A stretch of DNA of 64,000 nt, from assembly GCA_965112735.1 (NCBI GenBank), contig OZ218950.1, positions 3,472,001 to 3,536,000 on the forward strand. The letters run 5' to 3'. Positions 1 to 10,529 of the stretch are shown piece by piece; the first letter of the stretch is position 1, and each line of letters opens with the position of its first letter. The position numbers and the translations under genes were made by a program. The notes under the pieces were generated by a model, which saw only the letters and a list, made by a program, of their open reading frames with translations, searched no databases and was not told the origin of the DNA. Source of the DNA: Phaeosaccion multiseriatum. Lineage: Eukaryota > Protista > Ochrophyta, other classes.

Positions 1-314
1 ATGATGTCGTAAATCGCTTCCTGCTTGTCCTCCTCTACCAGCCGCATCCCCGCCGTCGACTTGATAAAGACGGACGTGTGCTCGTGCTGCTCCTGCGGAA
101 TGTGACTCGCCGCCGCTTCTAGCAAAGGCCGCACGTAATCGGCAGCCGTCTCCGGGGCGTGCTCGAAGGTGCTCAGGCCTGGGCTGACCTTGGACACAGG
201 CCGCCCAGTCATGACCATGCCTCCATCAACGAGGGACATTTCATAGAGAAAGGCCCGGCTGCCGCTGCTGCCTGCATCGACCACGACGCAGTATCGACGC
301 TCATCCTCCATCTC
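1..314 (-). CDS. GDA1/CD39 family nucleoside diphosphatase (apyrase), exon running off the window edge
   Basis: Manual translation from 311 gives MEDERRYCVVVDAGSSGSRAFLY (apyrase conserved region 1) ... KVSPGLSTF ... VFIKSTAGMRL (region 2). An in-frame TAG two codons upstream may be a splice acceptor, so an upstream exon is possible. Not in the ORF track. Confidence 0.9.
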
Positions 315-954
315 CTATCGATCCGACGCCCCGGAAGTGAGCCGTTTGGCGGTCACACGCAGTGATTGCTCGCCGCTCCCCTCCCAAAGTCTCCCTCTCT
401 CTATCCTCCTTGTGGTCTCTCTGAATGAGGGCTTCTGGCTCGCCCTCTCCCCCCCGCTGACTGTCTTCTCCCACCCGCCACTTCACCGGACGCCGCCTCC
501 GCCTCTTCCACTTTTGTTCCGACGCACCGCTGACCGCAAGTAATTTTCCCCACTATCACCCTGACATCTCCCGTGAACTGATCCCCAGACTTGCCACGGG
601 CCGCTCCGCTCCGCTGGTGGAACGCCTGTGGGTTGTTGGAACGGGCAGGAGGCTCTAGACCCCTTCTTTCCTTTCCAGCGTCGAAGCCTCCACGGAATAG
701 ACCAAACCCCCTTGTGATTATTCAGCCGCTCAGAAGCGTTGTGTGGAGAGGCAGGCCCAGCAGCTCCTCGAGTCTACAGACACACACACCGAAGCGCCAA
801 CAGCGTGGGGGCGCCGAGACCTTCGTTCGTCGCCAGAAAAGCCCCGGGGGGGCCAAATTCGTTGCCTTAGTATCTCCCCATCTCCCCCCCCCCTTCGATA
901 GCCCCTCGATCTCTCTCCTCGACACAAGCGTCTCTCGAGGCTGCAGAGAATGCG

Positions 955-2286
955 ATGAAGTCCGCCAGTGCTGCGGCGTCCGCTGCAGCTGCTCAAGGCA
1001 GAGGAGTGCGAAGATTGCTGCAGGCATCGGCCTCTCTCTCTCGAGCTCTCCACAGCAAACACTTTCCGGATGCAGCAGCGGTATCTGGAGGGCGAGCACT
1101 CGCAGCAGCGAGCTCTCAGGTGCCAACGAGAGGCTTTTCCCAGGCACCTCTTCAGCAGGAGCATGGACGAGGGCAGCATTACTACTCAGCGTACCGCATG
1201 CAGCAAAGGGGGCTATGGCACGGGCCAGCTGCTCTAAGCCCAGTACACGGAGGGATTGGGTGTAGGGAGAGTCTCAGGAGCCGGACACAGGGGGGGGTGA
1301 CGAGAGGAAGGAGGCTCATGTCAACCAGTAGTGGTGGTGTGGCTTCGTCCACACCACCAGCTCCATCGTCACAGTCTTCTTCATCTTCAGCTTCAGTCGA
1401 GGCCGCACCAGGGTCAGCTCCTGGCACAGAAGGAGCAGCACCAACACCAGCACCAGCACCAGCAGCACCGGCACCGGCACCTCCACCACCATCCTCATCA
1501 TCTTCAGCCCCAGTCGAGGCCGTCGCTGACTCTGGTGGCGCAGCGGCAGATGCAGCGTCGATGGCGGCATCATCAGCAACAGCAGAGTCATCGAGCTCTG
1601 TGGCTACTGCAGCAGATTTTTCACAGGTGAATCACCCGGGCTTGTGGTGTACTTTGTCAGATAGAAATGGCCCAACACGGACTATGCAATAGGTGGGATT
1701 TGGTGTGTACACCGACGAAGAATACTCGCGCAGATAGGAAGGCCGTCGTCTCCCTGTCTCTGTCTCTCTCCCGCCCCCTCCTCTCTCTTTCTTTCTCTCT
1801 CTGTCTTCCCGTCTAGCCCGGTCACTTTGGTGGTCTACATTCCTCTGCTCCCCGACCCTCGCCTCAGCAAAACTCTCCTTCCTTGTCCTTGTGGTCCTTT
1901 CCTGTGTCCCTGTCCCGCTGTGTGTTCTTCTGGGTAGGTCATTGTGGGGCCCTCGCTACCCACCTTGGCCGAAGTCACCGACATTCCCGTGGCGGATAAA
2001 TTTTCCGAACTGAACTACACCTTCAGTGACGGCGCTCTGAGGCTACTCGAGGCCGTGCACACCCTCACAGGGCTCGAATACGGGGCCACCATAATCGCAT
2101 GCACCGTGGGTAAGAGCAGCGCAGAGGACACACGCTCTCCCCAAACCAGCTCGCTTGTGCTTGCTGCTGGTGCTTGCCCAAAGGATCCGTAGGTGCTTTT
2201 CTTTTGTTTTTGACTCGCGCACCCTGTCGCGCCCTGGTGTATCTCCTCGATTTGTCGTCACCATTGTTGCGCTACTTACGCACTTG

Positions 2287-2341
<55 letters not shown>

Positions 2342-4763
2342 CTGTGCGGCTGCTGCTGGTGCCCATCAACGTCTACGCGGCGAGGAACTCTGCGAGGCTA
2401 GCCTGGGCCTCGCCGCACATTAAGGTACATGACCTGTACCCGCTCCCTCTTCTACCAAGCTCTCCCCTCCCCTCCCCCACCCATCGACCGTCTTAGAAGT
2501 CATGTGCCCACGCCTATGAAGCAAAGCCCGTCAGTGTGCATATCCGTCTTCTCGACTTCCATACATACACCTACACACACGCACAAACACACGCACGCGC
2601 GCGCACACACACACACATACACACGCACACACATACCAACTCTCATGTCTCACTCATCCCTTCACTTCTTGCCTCTCAAATGGTGCCAGGAGCTTCAAGA
2701 CCGCATCAGCGACAGCAAGAACGACCCTAAGAAGGAGAAGCACCTTCACAAGGAGTTAAGGGCCCTCATGGAGAAGTACCGTTGCAACCCCTTGAAGGCC
2801 TTCGCCGCGCCAGCCTTGCAGGTGCGTGTGTGCGTGCGTGTATGCGTGCATGCGTGCGCGTGCGGCGCCTCCCATCCAGACTTGCTGACCCCCCCTCCGT
2901 CCCCACAGTCTCTCTCTCTCTCTCTCGCTATCTTATCCATCTCTCTTCCCCTGTTCACTTTCGTCGCCTCTCGTCCCCCCGGCCCTGCCGCTTCTCTCAC
3001 GTGTTCCGCGGTTGTCTGTATATCTCTGGTCTCGTGTCCCCGTCTCTCCGTTCTCCGCTCCACAGCTGCCCATTTTCGTTAGTTTCTTCTTCGCCCTCCG
3101 CAAGGCCGGAGACTACCTACCTGCCTTCTCCCTCCAAGGCCCGAGCTTCAGCCCCGACCTCACTGCCGCAGACCCCACTTTGATCCTGCCCCTGCTCAAC
3201 GCCGTGAGCTTCTTCGTGGTGATGGAGACCAATCCGAAACCGGGTGAGCGAGGGACAAGGAGGGTGCCAAACGGCGAGAGGGCTGAGGAACGATTGAGGG
3301 GAAACGAAAGGCCCTCCTACAGGGCTGCATTGTCTTTTTGGCGGTTTTGCTCCCCTGATTCAATCGAAATACTGAGCATCTCAACTTTGGACTCGGGAGG
3401 CAGCAGCACCCCATCGTGCCCCTCCTCCTCTCTGTGTCCTCTTGTCTCTTTCTCTGTGCCTTCTTGTCACGCGTCTCACGTCACCTCACCTCTCCGCAAG
3501 CACGCGCCTTTCCCTTTCTTCTCCCCTAACGCTCACCCTCCACCACCCTTTCTGAGTCCTAAGCCACCCACCCCCCCCACCCCCCCGCTATCGTTACCCA
3601 CCCACCCCCCCCCCCACTTCCGCGACGTGCAGCGGGCGGCATGATGGAAGACGGCATGGCGGAGAAGATGCGACTCGTATTGCGCGGAGTAGGCCTCATG
3701 ATCATGCCCCTGACGTACTCCCTGCCGTCTGCGGTGTTTCTGTACTGGCTGCCCTCCAACGCCTTGGCCGCCGTACAAACGCAGGTAGGCCCGTAGGACA
3801 GGAAGGGAGGGAGGGAGTGAGGGAGGGAGGTGTCTGTCTCTGCCTTTTTGGTCAGAGGAACATGAGAACATTACCCTGCGCGTTTTTTCAGGGTATTTTC
3901 ACCACGTGTTTCGTTGCCTGCCTCCCTGCCCCCCCCTCCTTCCGTATCTGAATGCTCTGTGTTTGGACCCATCACTCCACTGTTCCACTCCACAGCTGCT
4001 CAGCAAGGAACCGGTGAAGAGGATGCTGAACATCCCCTTGCCGCCGCCTCCAGACCACGACAAGAAGGCGCTCGAGGAGAAGAGCATGGATAGTAAGTCA
4101 GCGAAAGTCAGTCATCCCATCCCCCCCCCCCCCCCCGATATTGAGTACTGTAGGACGCTTTTGCTTTTACCCTGCCATTCATTGCCTTCGCCTTCCCGCG
4201 AGTCTCCCTCTCCCAACGAGACCAGAGAGAGACAAGCACGTTAGTGAGCGTTGAATACTCAATACTCATCTATCTGACTGACCCTCTGCACGTCCCTCCT
4301 CTTTTCCCTTTCCTCGTCCTCTCCTGAAAACGACCAAACCAATTCGATCCATGTGTGTGGGGGAAATTAAGGTTTGGTTGACGTGCTTGGGGCGCCGAAC
4401 CCCTTCGAGGCGTACTCCCAATACCGCCTCCGAGTTACGCTGGACAAGGATAAGAACGACCCCACCAAGGACGCTCTCTTCGGTGGGCATGCGCCGCCCC
4501 CGGAGGCCTCTTTTGCGGGTCTAGGAGGAGGAGGAGGAGGAGGAGGAGACGGCGGAGTAGCGAAGAAGGAAGTGGAGAGGCCAGTGCTCTACAGCAGCCC
4601 AGAGGAAGCCGCGAGGGCAAGGGCAGCCAAGGGATTGGGCGATGCGGGGGGCGGCGGAAGCAGCAGCGAAGGCCAAGGCAGACAGACAGGAGGAGGACGG
4701 GGAGGAGGGTACAAGAGCAAAGGGAGCAAGAGGAGACACCATAAGGGGGGCAAGCGCCGGTAG
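955..4763 (+). CDS. OXA1: Mitochondrial inner-membrane insertase, Oxa1/YidC/Alb3 family, 8 exons
   Basis: Exons approx. 955-1626, 1938-2109, 2342-2424, 2690-2821, 3066-3243, 3633-3784, 3996-4092, 4372-4763, all GT-AG and phase-consistent. Motifs: IIACTVAVRLLLVP, LMEKYRCNPLK..PALQLPIFVSFFFALR, DLTAADPTLILP, LPSAVFLYWLPSN. Arg/Ser/Ala-rich presequence-like N-terminus. Confidence 0.9.
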
Positions 4764-5113
4764 GGCTTGTGAACGAGGAGGCGGGGGGGGGGGGGGCATG
4801 GCACTCGATGATTGTACCCCTTCGCGCGGTGGATCCGTCGCGCCGCTGGTGGGTGGTCCTGCCGACGCAAGAACCTCTGTGGAGGGAGTGTGGAGGTGAA
4901 AGGGCTCTGTGGAGCAATCGTGCCTTGTTGGGTCCAGCCCTGGAAGTGAAGGGCCTTTCGTGTGGGCACGACACATGACAGACACACATTCAGAGGAAAG
5001 AAAGGCGCTCTGGACGATACATATATACACAGACACATACAATATGAGACATATACAATATGTATATACAGTTCAGGCATTACTAGGTTAGAAAAAACAC
5101 CCAAGGGTGTATC

Positions 5114-7066
5114 TCATTGCGACTTGTCTTCGTTGGGTATCGGTAGAAGTTTGGCGGCCCCACTCTTGAGCAAGTCCTTGAGCGGGTTGAAGGTTCTCCG
5201 ATGCACTCCCTCCACATAGCCTTGGCTCACGATGGCCGACCGGTGCGCCACAGTGCCATAACCCTTGTTCTTGTCGAAGCCGTACTGCCATGACAAAGAA
5301 AGTTAAACAAACAAGTGAAAGATGAAAGAGGGAGAGGAACGGGGAAAGGGAAGAGCACAAGGAGTGGGGTGTGAGTTGATTGACGGCAGCGCTACGGCAC
5401 AGGACAGACGTTATGACCCCTCACGTACCCTTACATAACCAAAAGGAGATGGGGTGGGGGAAGGACCAGTCGATGGAAAGTCGACTAGGTGAAGATACAA
5501 TAGTCGAAGGAGGCAGAATAGACAGGGCCCGCCAATTAAAGCGCGCGGACACATAAAACCAAAGAGAAGTACAGCCAGCCAACCAGCCAAGCACAGTTAC
5601 AGTCGCTGCCTGTGCTGCTGTGGGGCCCGCCCGGGGGGGCCTCACCCACCTGCGGGTATCGAGCATCAAGGTCACGCATCACACGATCGCGTGTGACCTT
5701 GGCCAGAATGCTCGCGGCTGCGATGCAAAACTCACTCCCATCCCCGCCAATGAGAGAGACTGCCTCCACCTCCATCTGAGCCGGAAAAAAGTCGCCATCC
5801 ACCAGAGCGACCACCTCCTCCCCGGCAGCAGAAGCCTCGTCCCGCAAAGTGTGGGCACATGTGGTCATGGCGACCTTTGTGGCCTCGCGTATGTTGAGGG
5901 AGTCGATTTGCGCCACCTCGATGGTCGACGTTGTCCATCGGATGCCCTTTGTGGTGGTGATGATATCGTAGAGCTCCTCCCGACGTGCCTCACTCCCGAT
6001 GATTTTGCTATCCTGAGTGAGTGAGGGGGTGAGTGCGTGAGTGAGTTGGGTGAGTGAGTTGGGTGAGTGAGTCAGGGAGTGAATGTGGTGAGTGAGTGTG
6101 GTCAGTGGGTGAGTCAGTGAGTGGGTGAGTGAGTGTGAGTGGGTGAGTTGGGTGAGTGAGTCAGGGAGTTCGTGAGTGACTGGGCACAAGCAGTCATGGC
6201 GGCCTTGGTGGCCCCGCGGATGTCCGGCGGGTCGATCGGCTCTATACCTGGATGCCTTCGATGTGAATGTCCATTGGAATGTGGCACGCTGCCGCCACCA
6301 CGGGGCCCGCGAGGGGTCCTCGCCCCGCTTCATCAATACCACACACCACCATTCCCTTACTACCTCGTGCGAGAATTTTTTTTTCCGTCGTCCTCGGGAG
6401 GCTGTCCTTCCTCCTTTCCGCCAACGCAAGCGCCTTCTTCTCAGCTGTTTTCTTCTTCTTCTCAGCTGCCGCCGCCTTTTTCAGAGCCGCTGTGTTGTGT
6501 TTCGTTTCGGTGGCCTGACCTACGGCCTTCTTACCAGCAGACGTTCCTCCTCCTTTCTTAGCCTTAGCAGCAGTAGCTGCACTCCTCTTTTTAGCTGCCC
6601 CCTTCGCCGGCGCAGGAGCTGCTACATCCTCCCGTGGCAAAGATGGTGTTGCGTCTGCGCTTGCGTCCTTTGTCGTCCCAGACAGTCGCAGCGACCTTCT
6701 ATACACCACCGATGCTTTATATGCACCTGTTTCCCTCTTCAGCAGCCTACTTTTTCCTCTTGCCGTCGCCGCTCCAACTGCTGCTGCATCTACTGGTGAC
6801 GCCAAGTCCCCACCCCTTCTCCTACCCACAGTACTAGCTATAGAGGTTGTGGAGATGGACAACAGCCCTCGGGCAGAGCATCGAGTCCTCCTCGATGTAC
6901 TTCTCTTCATGGCCAGAGGAATGGCGCCCTTTTGGATGACGATGACTTGGTTCACGAAGGCTGGTACTGCTGCTGGCCTTGTCGAGTGGAACCGTTGAAG
7001 GCCTCTGATCATGAGAGGGAGAAGCAGCGCGAAGAGAATCGTAATCCTGGCAGGGAAACGGTGCAT
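5114..7066 (-). CDS. rnhB: Ribonuclease HII, bacterial/organellar type, with long N-terminal extension, 3 exons
   Basis: Exons approx. 7066-6248, 6012-5650, 5284-5114. Motifs [62 protein letters not shown]. Confidence 0.92.
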
Positions 7067-7409
7067 GAAGAGAGATGTCTCTCCCCGGCGCAGGTTGAGA
7101 GATATAAAAAAGAAAGATCGATCGATCATGCCAGATATCCATGCCATGCACAACAACACTCATTGTAATCTGGGGGCCGTCGCCATTTGCAAATCCCCCC
7201 CCTTTTTTTTCTTTTTTTTTTTTCTCTCTTTTCTCTTTTCCCCCCTCTTTTTTCTACAGTGGGGAACTAGTGGACCATTGTTTTCGAGCGAGGAGAAGAG
7301 GAGCGCAGTTGGCCTGTATAGAAGGCAGTTGCGCTTGTGCTGAAAGGAAGGTGTGGACGAATTGCGTGCTTAAAGCTGAACGCTCCTGATGTAACTCTTC
7401 ATTGCGCCC

Positions 7410-9741
7410 ATGCTAGATCTCGACACTTTCCCCATGGATACGAGCCTATCTGTCTCGGCCAAGGAGTTCCAGCCAGGTAGCTCCAGCCAAGAAGAGGATG
7501 ATGTCGCTGGCTTTGGAGATCCCTACTACGACCCGGCCGAAGCACAGTTCGTTTCCCCCCCGCAGCCCCCTCCTGGCTTCGGGACTGCCGCCTCCTCCTA
7601 CCCAGCAGGCGGAGGAGGGCTTGGCGGGCAGCAGGATCCATCCGCACACACCCTTCGCCACGTGGAAGAGCACACAAACTGCGCTGGGTACTATGCTGCC
7701 GGGGGCGACTACTATGGAGAGGCGGGCGAGGGGCCGATGGGCTTCTCCTCCTCCTCCGCCCCTCAGGCTGAGCCCTATGGGAGCGGTGGTGGTGTGGATG
7801 GTGCCCTGCTGGAGGAGGGTATGCTCGAGAGCACAGTGTTTGAATTTATCACGTGGGCCTTCCCGGACTGCAATCCGCTCGCACTCCAAGTTGCGCTGGC
7901 AAGGTGCGAGTGGGACCTCGGCAGAGCGTGCAGAACGGTCATGCTGGCTCTGGACTATATGGAAGGCACTCCTGACAGTATTGGCAGCAGTAGCGGTGGC
8001 TCCAGCGGCAACAAGCAGAAGCCCTGCAGACACTTTTTGGCGGGGCTGTGCAGTCGGAAGGACTGTAATTTCAGCCACGATTTCACAGCCACCCCTTGCC
8101 GCTATTGGCTGCAAGGGAGCGGAGGCTGTCGACACGAGGAAGGGGCCTGCTTCTTTGCGCACGACCTCGAGCCTGCGCCGGAAATGTCGGAAGAAGAGGC
8201 TACCGCTGCTGCTGCTGCTGCTGCGGCAGCAGCGGCGACTGAGTCACCAGACGACGAATCACCCGATGATGTGACCAAGGTATGTGTACGTGCTTGTCCA
8301 CGAATGTGTGATGTTCTCTTTCTTCTCTTCTGCCGACGAACTCTGGAAAGGACTAGGGTCTGGGGGTGAGTACAGGCTGCTGCCCCGGGTCTTCTCAATA
8401 CCACGCTTCCCACCCGCCCTGCCCTTATCTTCCTCCTCCTCGCGGCGGACCCCTCCCCTTGGGCTCCGTCCACTGCCTTCCCTGGTCGCAGTCCATCCAC
8501 TCTCTAGACCTCGGCGACGGTGACTTTCCCTCGCTGGGCGCACCTGGGACTGCAGATGGGGGACGACGGCAGCGTGGACAGCAGCACCAGCACCAGCAGC
8601 AACCCTCCTTCGCTGCTATTGCAGCCTCAAATGCATCCGGCTCTTTCGGTGCCGACACTAGGAGAAGCAGCAGCAGGTCAAGCTACGGAATGGGTGCAGG
8701 TGCGACGAGTGCCGCTGGAGCAGGGGTCAGTAACCATCGGAGAAGCACTCGAGCAGGAGGAGGAGGAGGAGGAGGAGGAGGAGGAGGAGGAGGAGGAGGA
8801 GGAGGAGGAGGAGGAGGAGGAGGGGTAGCAGCAGCAGGAGGGGGGTGGGTTGACACTGGAGAAGGAGTCGCAGGACAGTACAGAGCGATGCGAGAGGAAG
8901 CGGCAGAGCTAGCGAGGGGTCGCAATCAGCTGTTCCAGTCCGCCCAGACCGCCTTCCTCCGCGGCGACAAGCAGGCGGCTAGTGCTCTCGCTCTGCGCGG
9001 TCGGGAACTCAACGAGGGCATGAAGGAGAGACACCGCGTGGCGGCGAGGGCCATCTTCGAGAAGCGCAACCCTCGCGAGCAGGTCCGGCGGCGTGGCATG
9101 ATGGACCTTCACGGACTGCACGTGGCTGAGGCGACAAGTCTTCTCGAGGAGGAGCTCCCCGCCCTGTGTGCAGAGGGGCTTGCCAGCGTGGCCCTCATCA
9201 CGGGCAGCGGGCATCACAGGTGGGGTATTGAGTGAGTCCTTTGGGTCATTTGCTTAGCTTTCTTGGCTTGTTTGATTGCTTAGCTTTCTTGGCTTGTTTG
9301 ATTGGCTGGCAGTGTCGTTGTTTGATTGGCTTGCTGTGTCGTTGTTTGGGAGGCGTCCATTGAGGCGGGGGTGAGAAGGGTCAAGTGGAATGGATAGTGG
9401 GATTGAGTACGTAGAGACTGTCTAACTGCTTGAAGTGGGTACAGAACTGTCTAATTGACTAATTGCTTTCGGTCCAAGAAAGGGGAACAAACAACACAGT
9501 GGAAGCTCACTCGATCCCCCCTCCCCTCCCCCCCCCCAAAATTCCCTCCTCACCTTTGGCCTGCGTGCGCACGTTTGTGTAAAGCCGAGGGAGCAACTTC
9601 AAAGCCCGGCTATTGCCCGCAGTGGAGCGTCTGTGCAAGAGCTGGGACCTGCCCTTCACTCGCGTGGCAGACGCCAATGGGCATGTGGGCATGCTGAAAG
9701 TCAGTCTGCCGAGAGAGAGTCTCATCGATTATTCCTACTGA
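7410..9741 (+). CDS. PAM2 + CUE/UBA-like + 2x CCCH zinc finger + DUF1771 + Smr domain protein, 3 exons
   Basis: Exons approx. 7410-8279, 8492-9219, 9585-9741. SLSVSAKEFQP (PAM2); CRHFLAGLCSRKDCNFSH and CRYWLQGSGGCRHEEGACFFAH; YRAMREEA..RNQLFQSAQTAFLRGD (DUF1771); DLHGLHVAEA..ITGSGHHS (Smr). Confidence 0.85.
8753..8825 (+). repeat. (GGA)n trinucleotide repeat encoding a poly-Gly tract in the Smr protein
   Basis: Directly visible run of gga, in frame within exon 2. Confidence 0.9.
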
Positions 9742-10529
9742 TCAATCAATTCCGCTTTAATAGAGAGAACAATTCAAAAGAATAGAATCGTCGGGGAGCA
9801 AGGCAAGGGGAGGCCAGGCAAACCTCTGTTGAAGAAAATGGCCGGAGCGAATTAATCAAAACAGAGAGGATGGTACCTTACGGCATGTAGCACAAAGAAA
9901 AGCGCTCTTCTTTCGAAACATTATTATTCTTGCCAAGGACTTTATTCATTCTCCTTGGAAATCGCTTCGGTATCATACTGTACAGGCAGTGTGTGTGTGT
10001 GTGCGTGTGGGGCAACTTCGCGCGTACATCACCACGTTGCTTGCTCTGTGCTTCCTCCCCCTCCCCACCCACCTCCACCCCCCCCTCCTTCTTTCTCTGA
10101 TGGCTCCAATCGAAACCTCATGCCACTAACGTAGACAATAAATAGTGTACTCTCTTGGTTGGACCGTGGAGCAGCAGAGCAGGGGAGGTTCCTCCCGCCT
10201 CGCGCAAACTGGTGAAGACGCTCAGCTCATCACAACCCCCCCCCCCTGCATCGGGACTGCTCTTTAGCTCCCACCCCTCCCCCGCCCTCCCCCGCCCTCC
10301 CCCCCATTCCGTCCGTCGCTCCCTTCGTGGCGGACAATCATAAGATTTCCCCGCCGCCGCTGCGCTGTCGCCCCGCTGCTGCCTCGATGCCTGAGGCCAA
10401 AGCCGAAGGAAAGTCTTGCTCTCTACGTACTCCACCCCAGCACCTGCGCGCGTGCGTGCGTGCGTGCGTGCGTGCGTGCATATACCCCACCCACCCCCTC
10501 CCCCCACCCCTTTTCAAATCAGTATCGAT

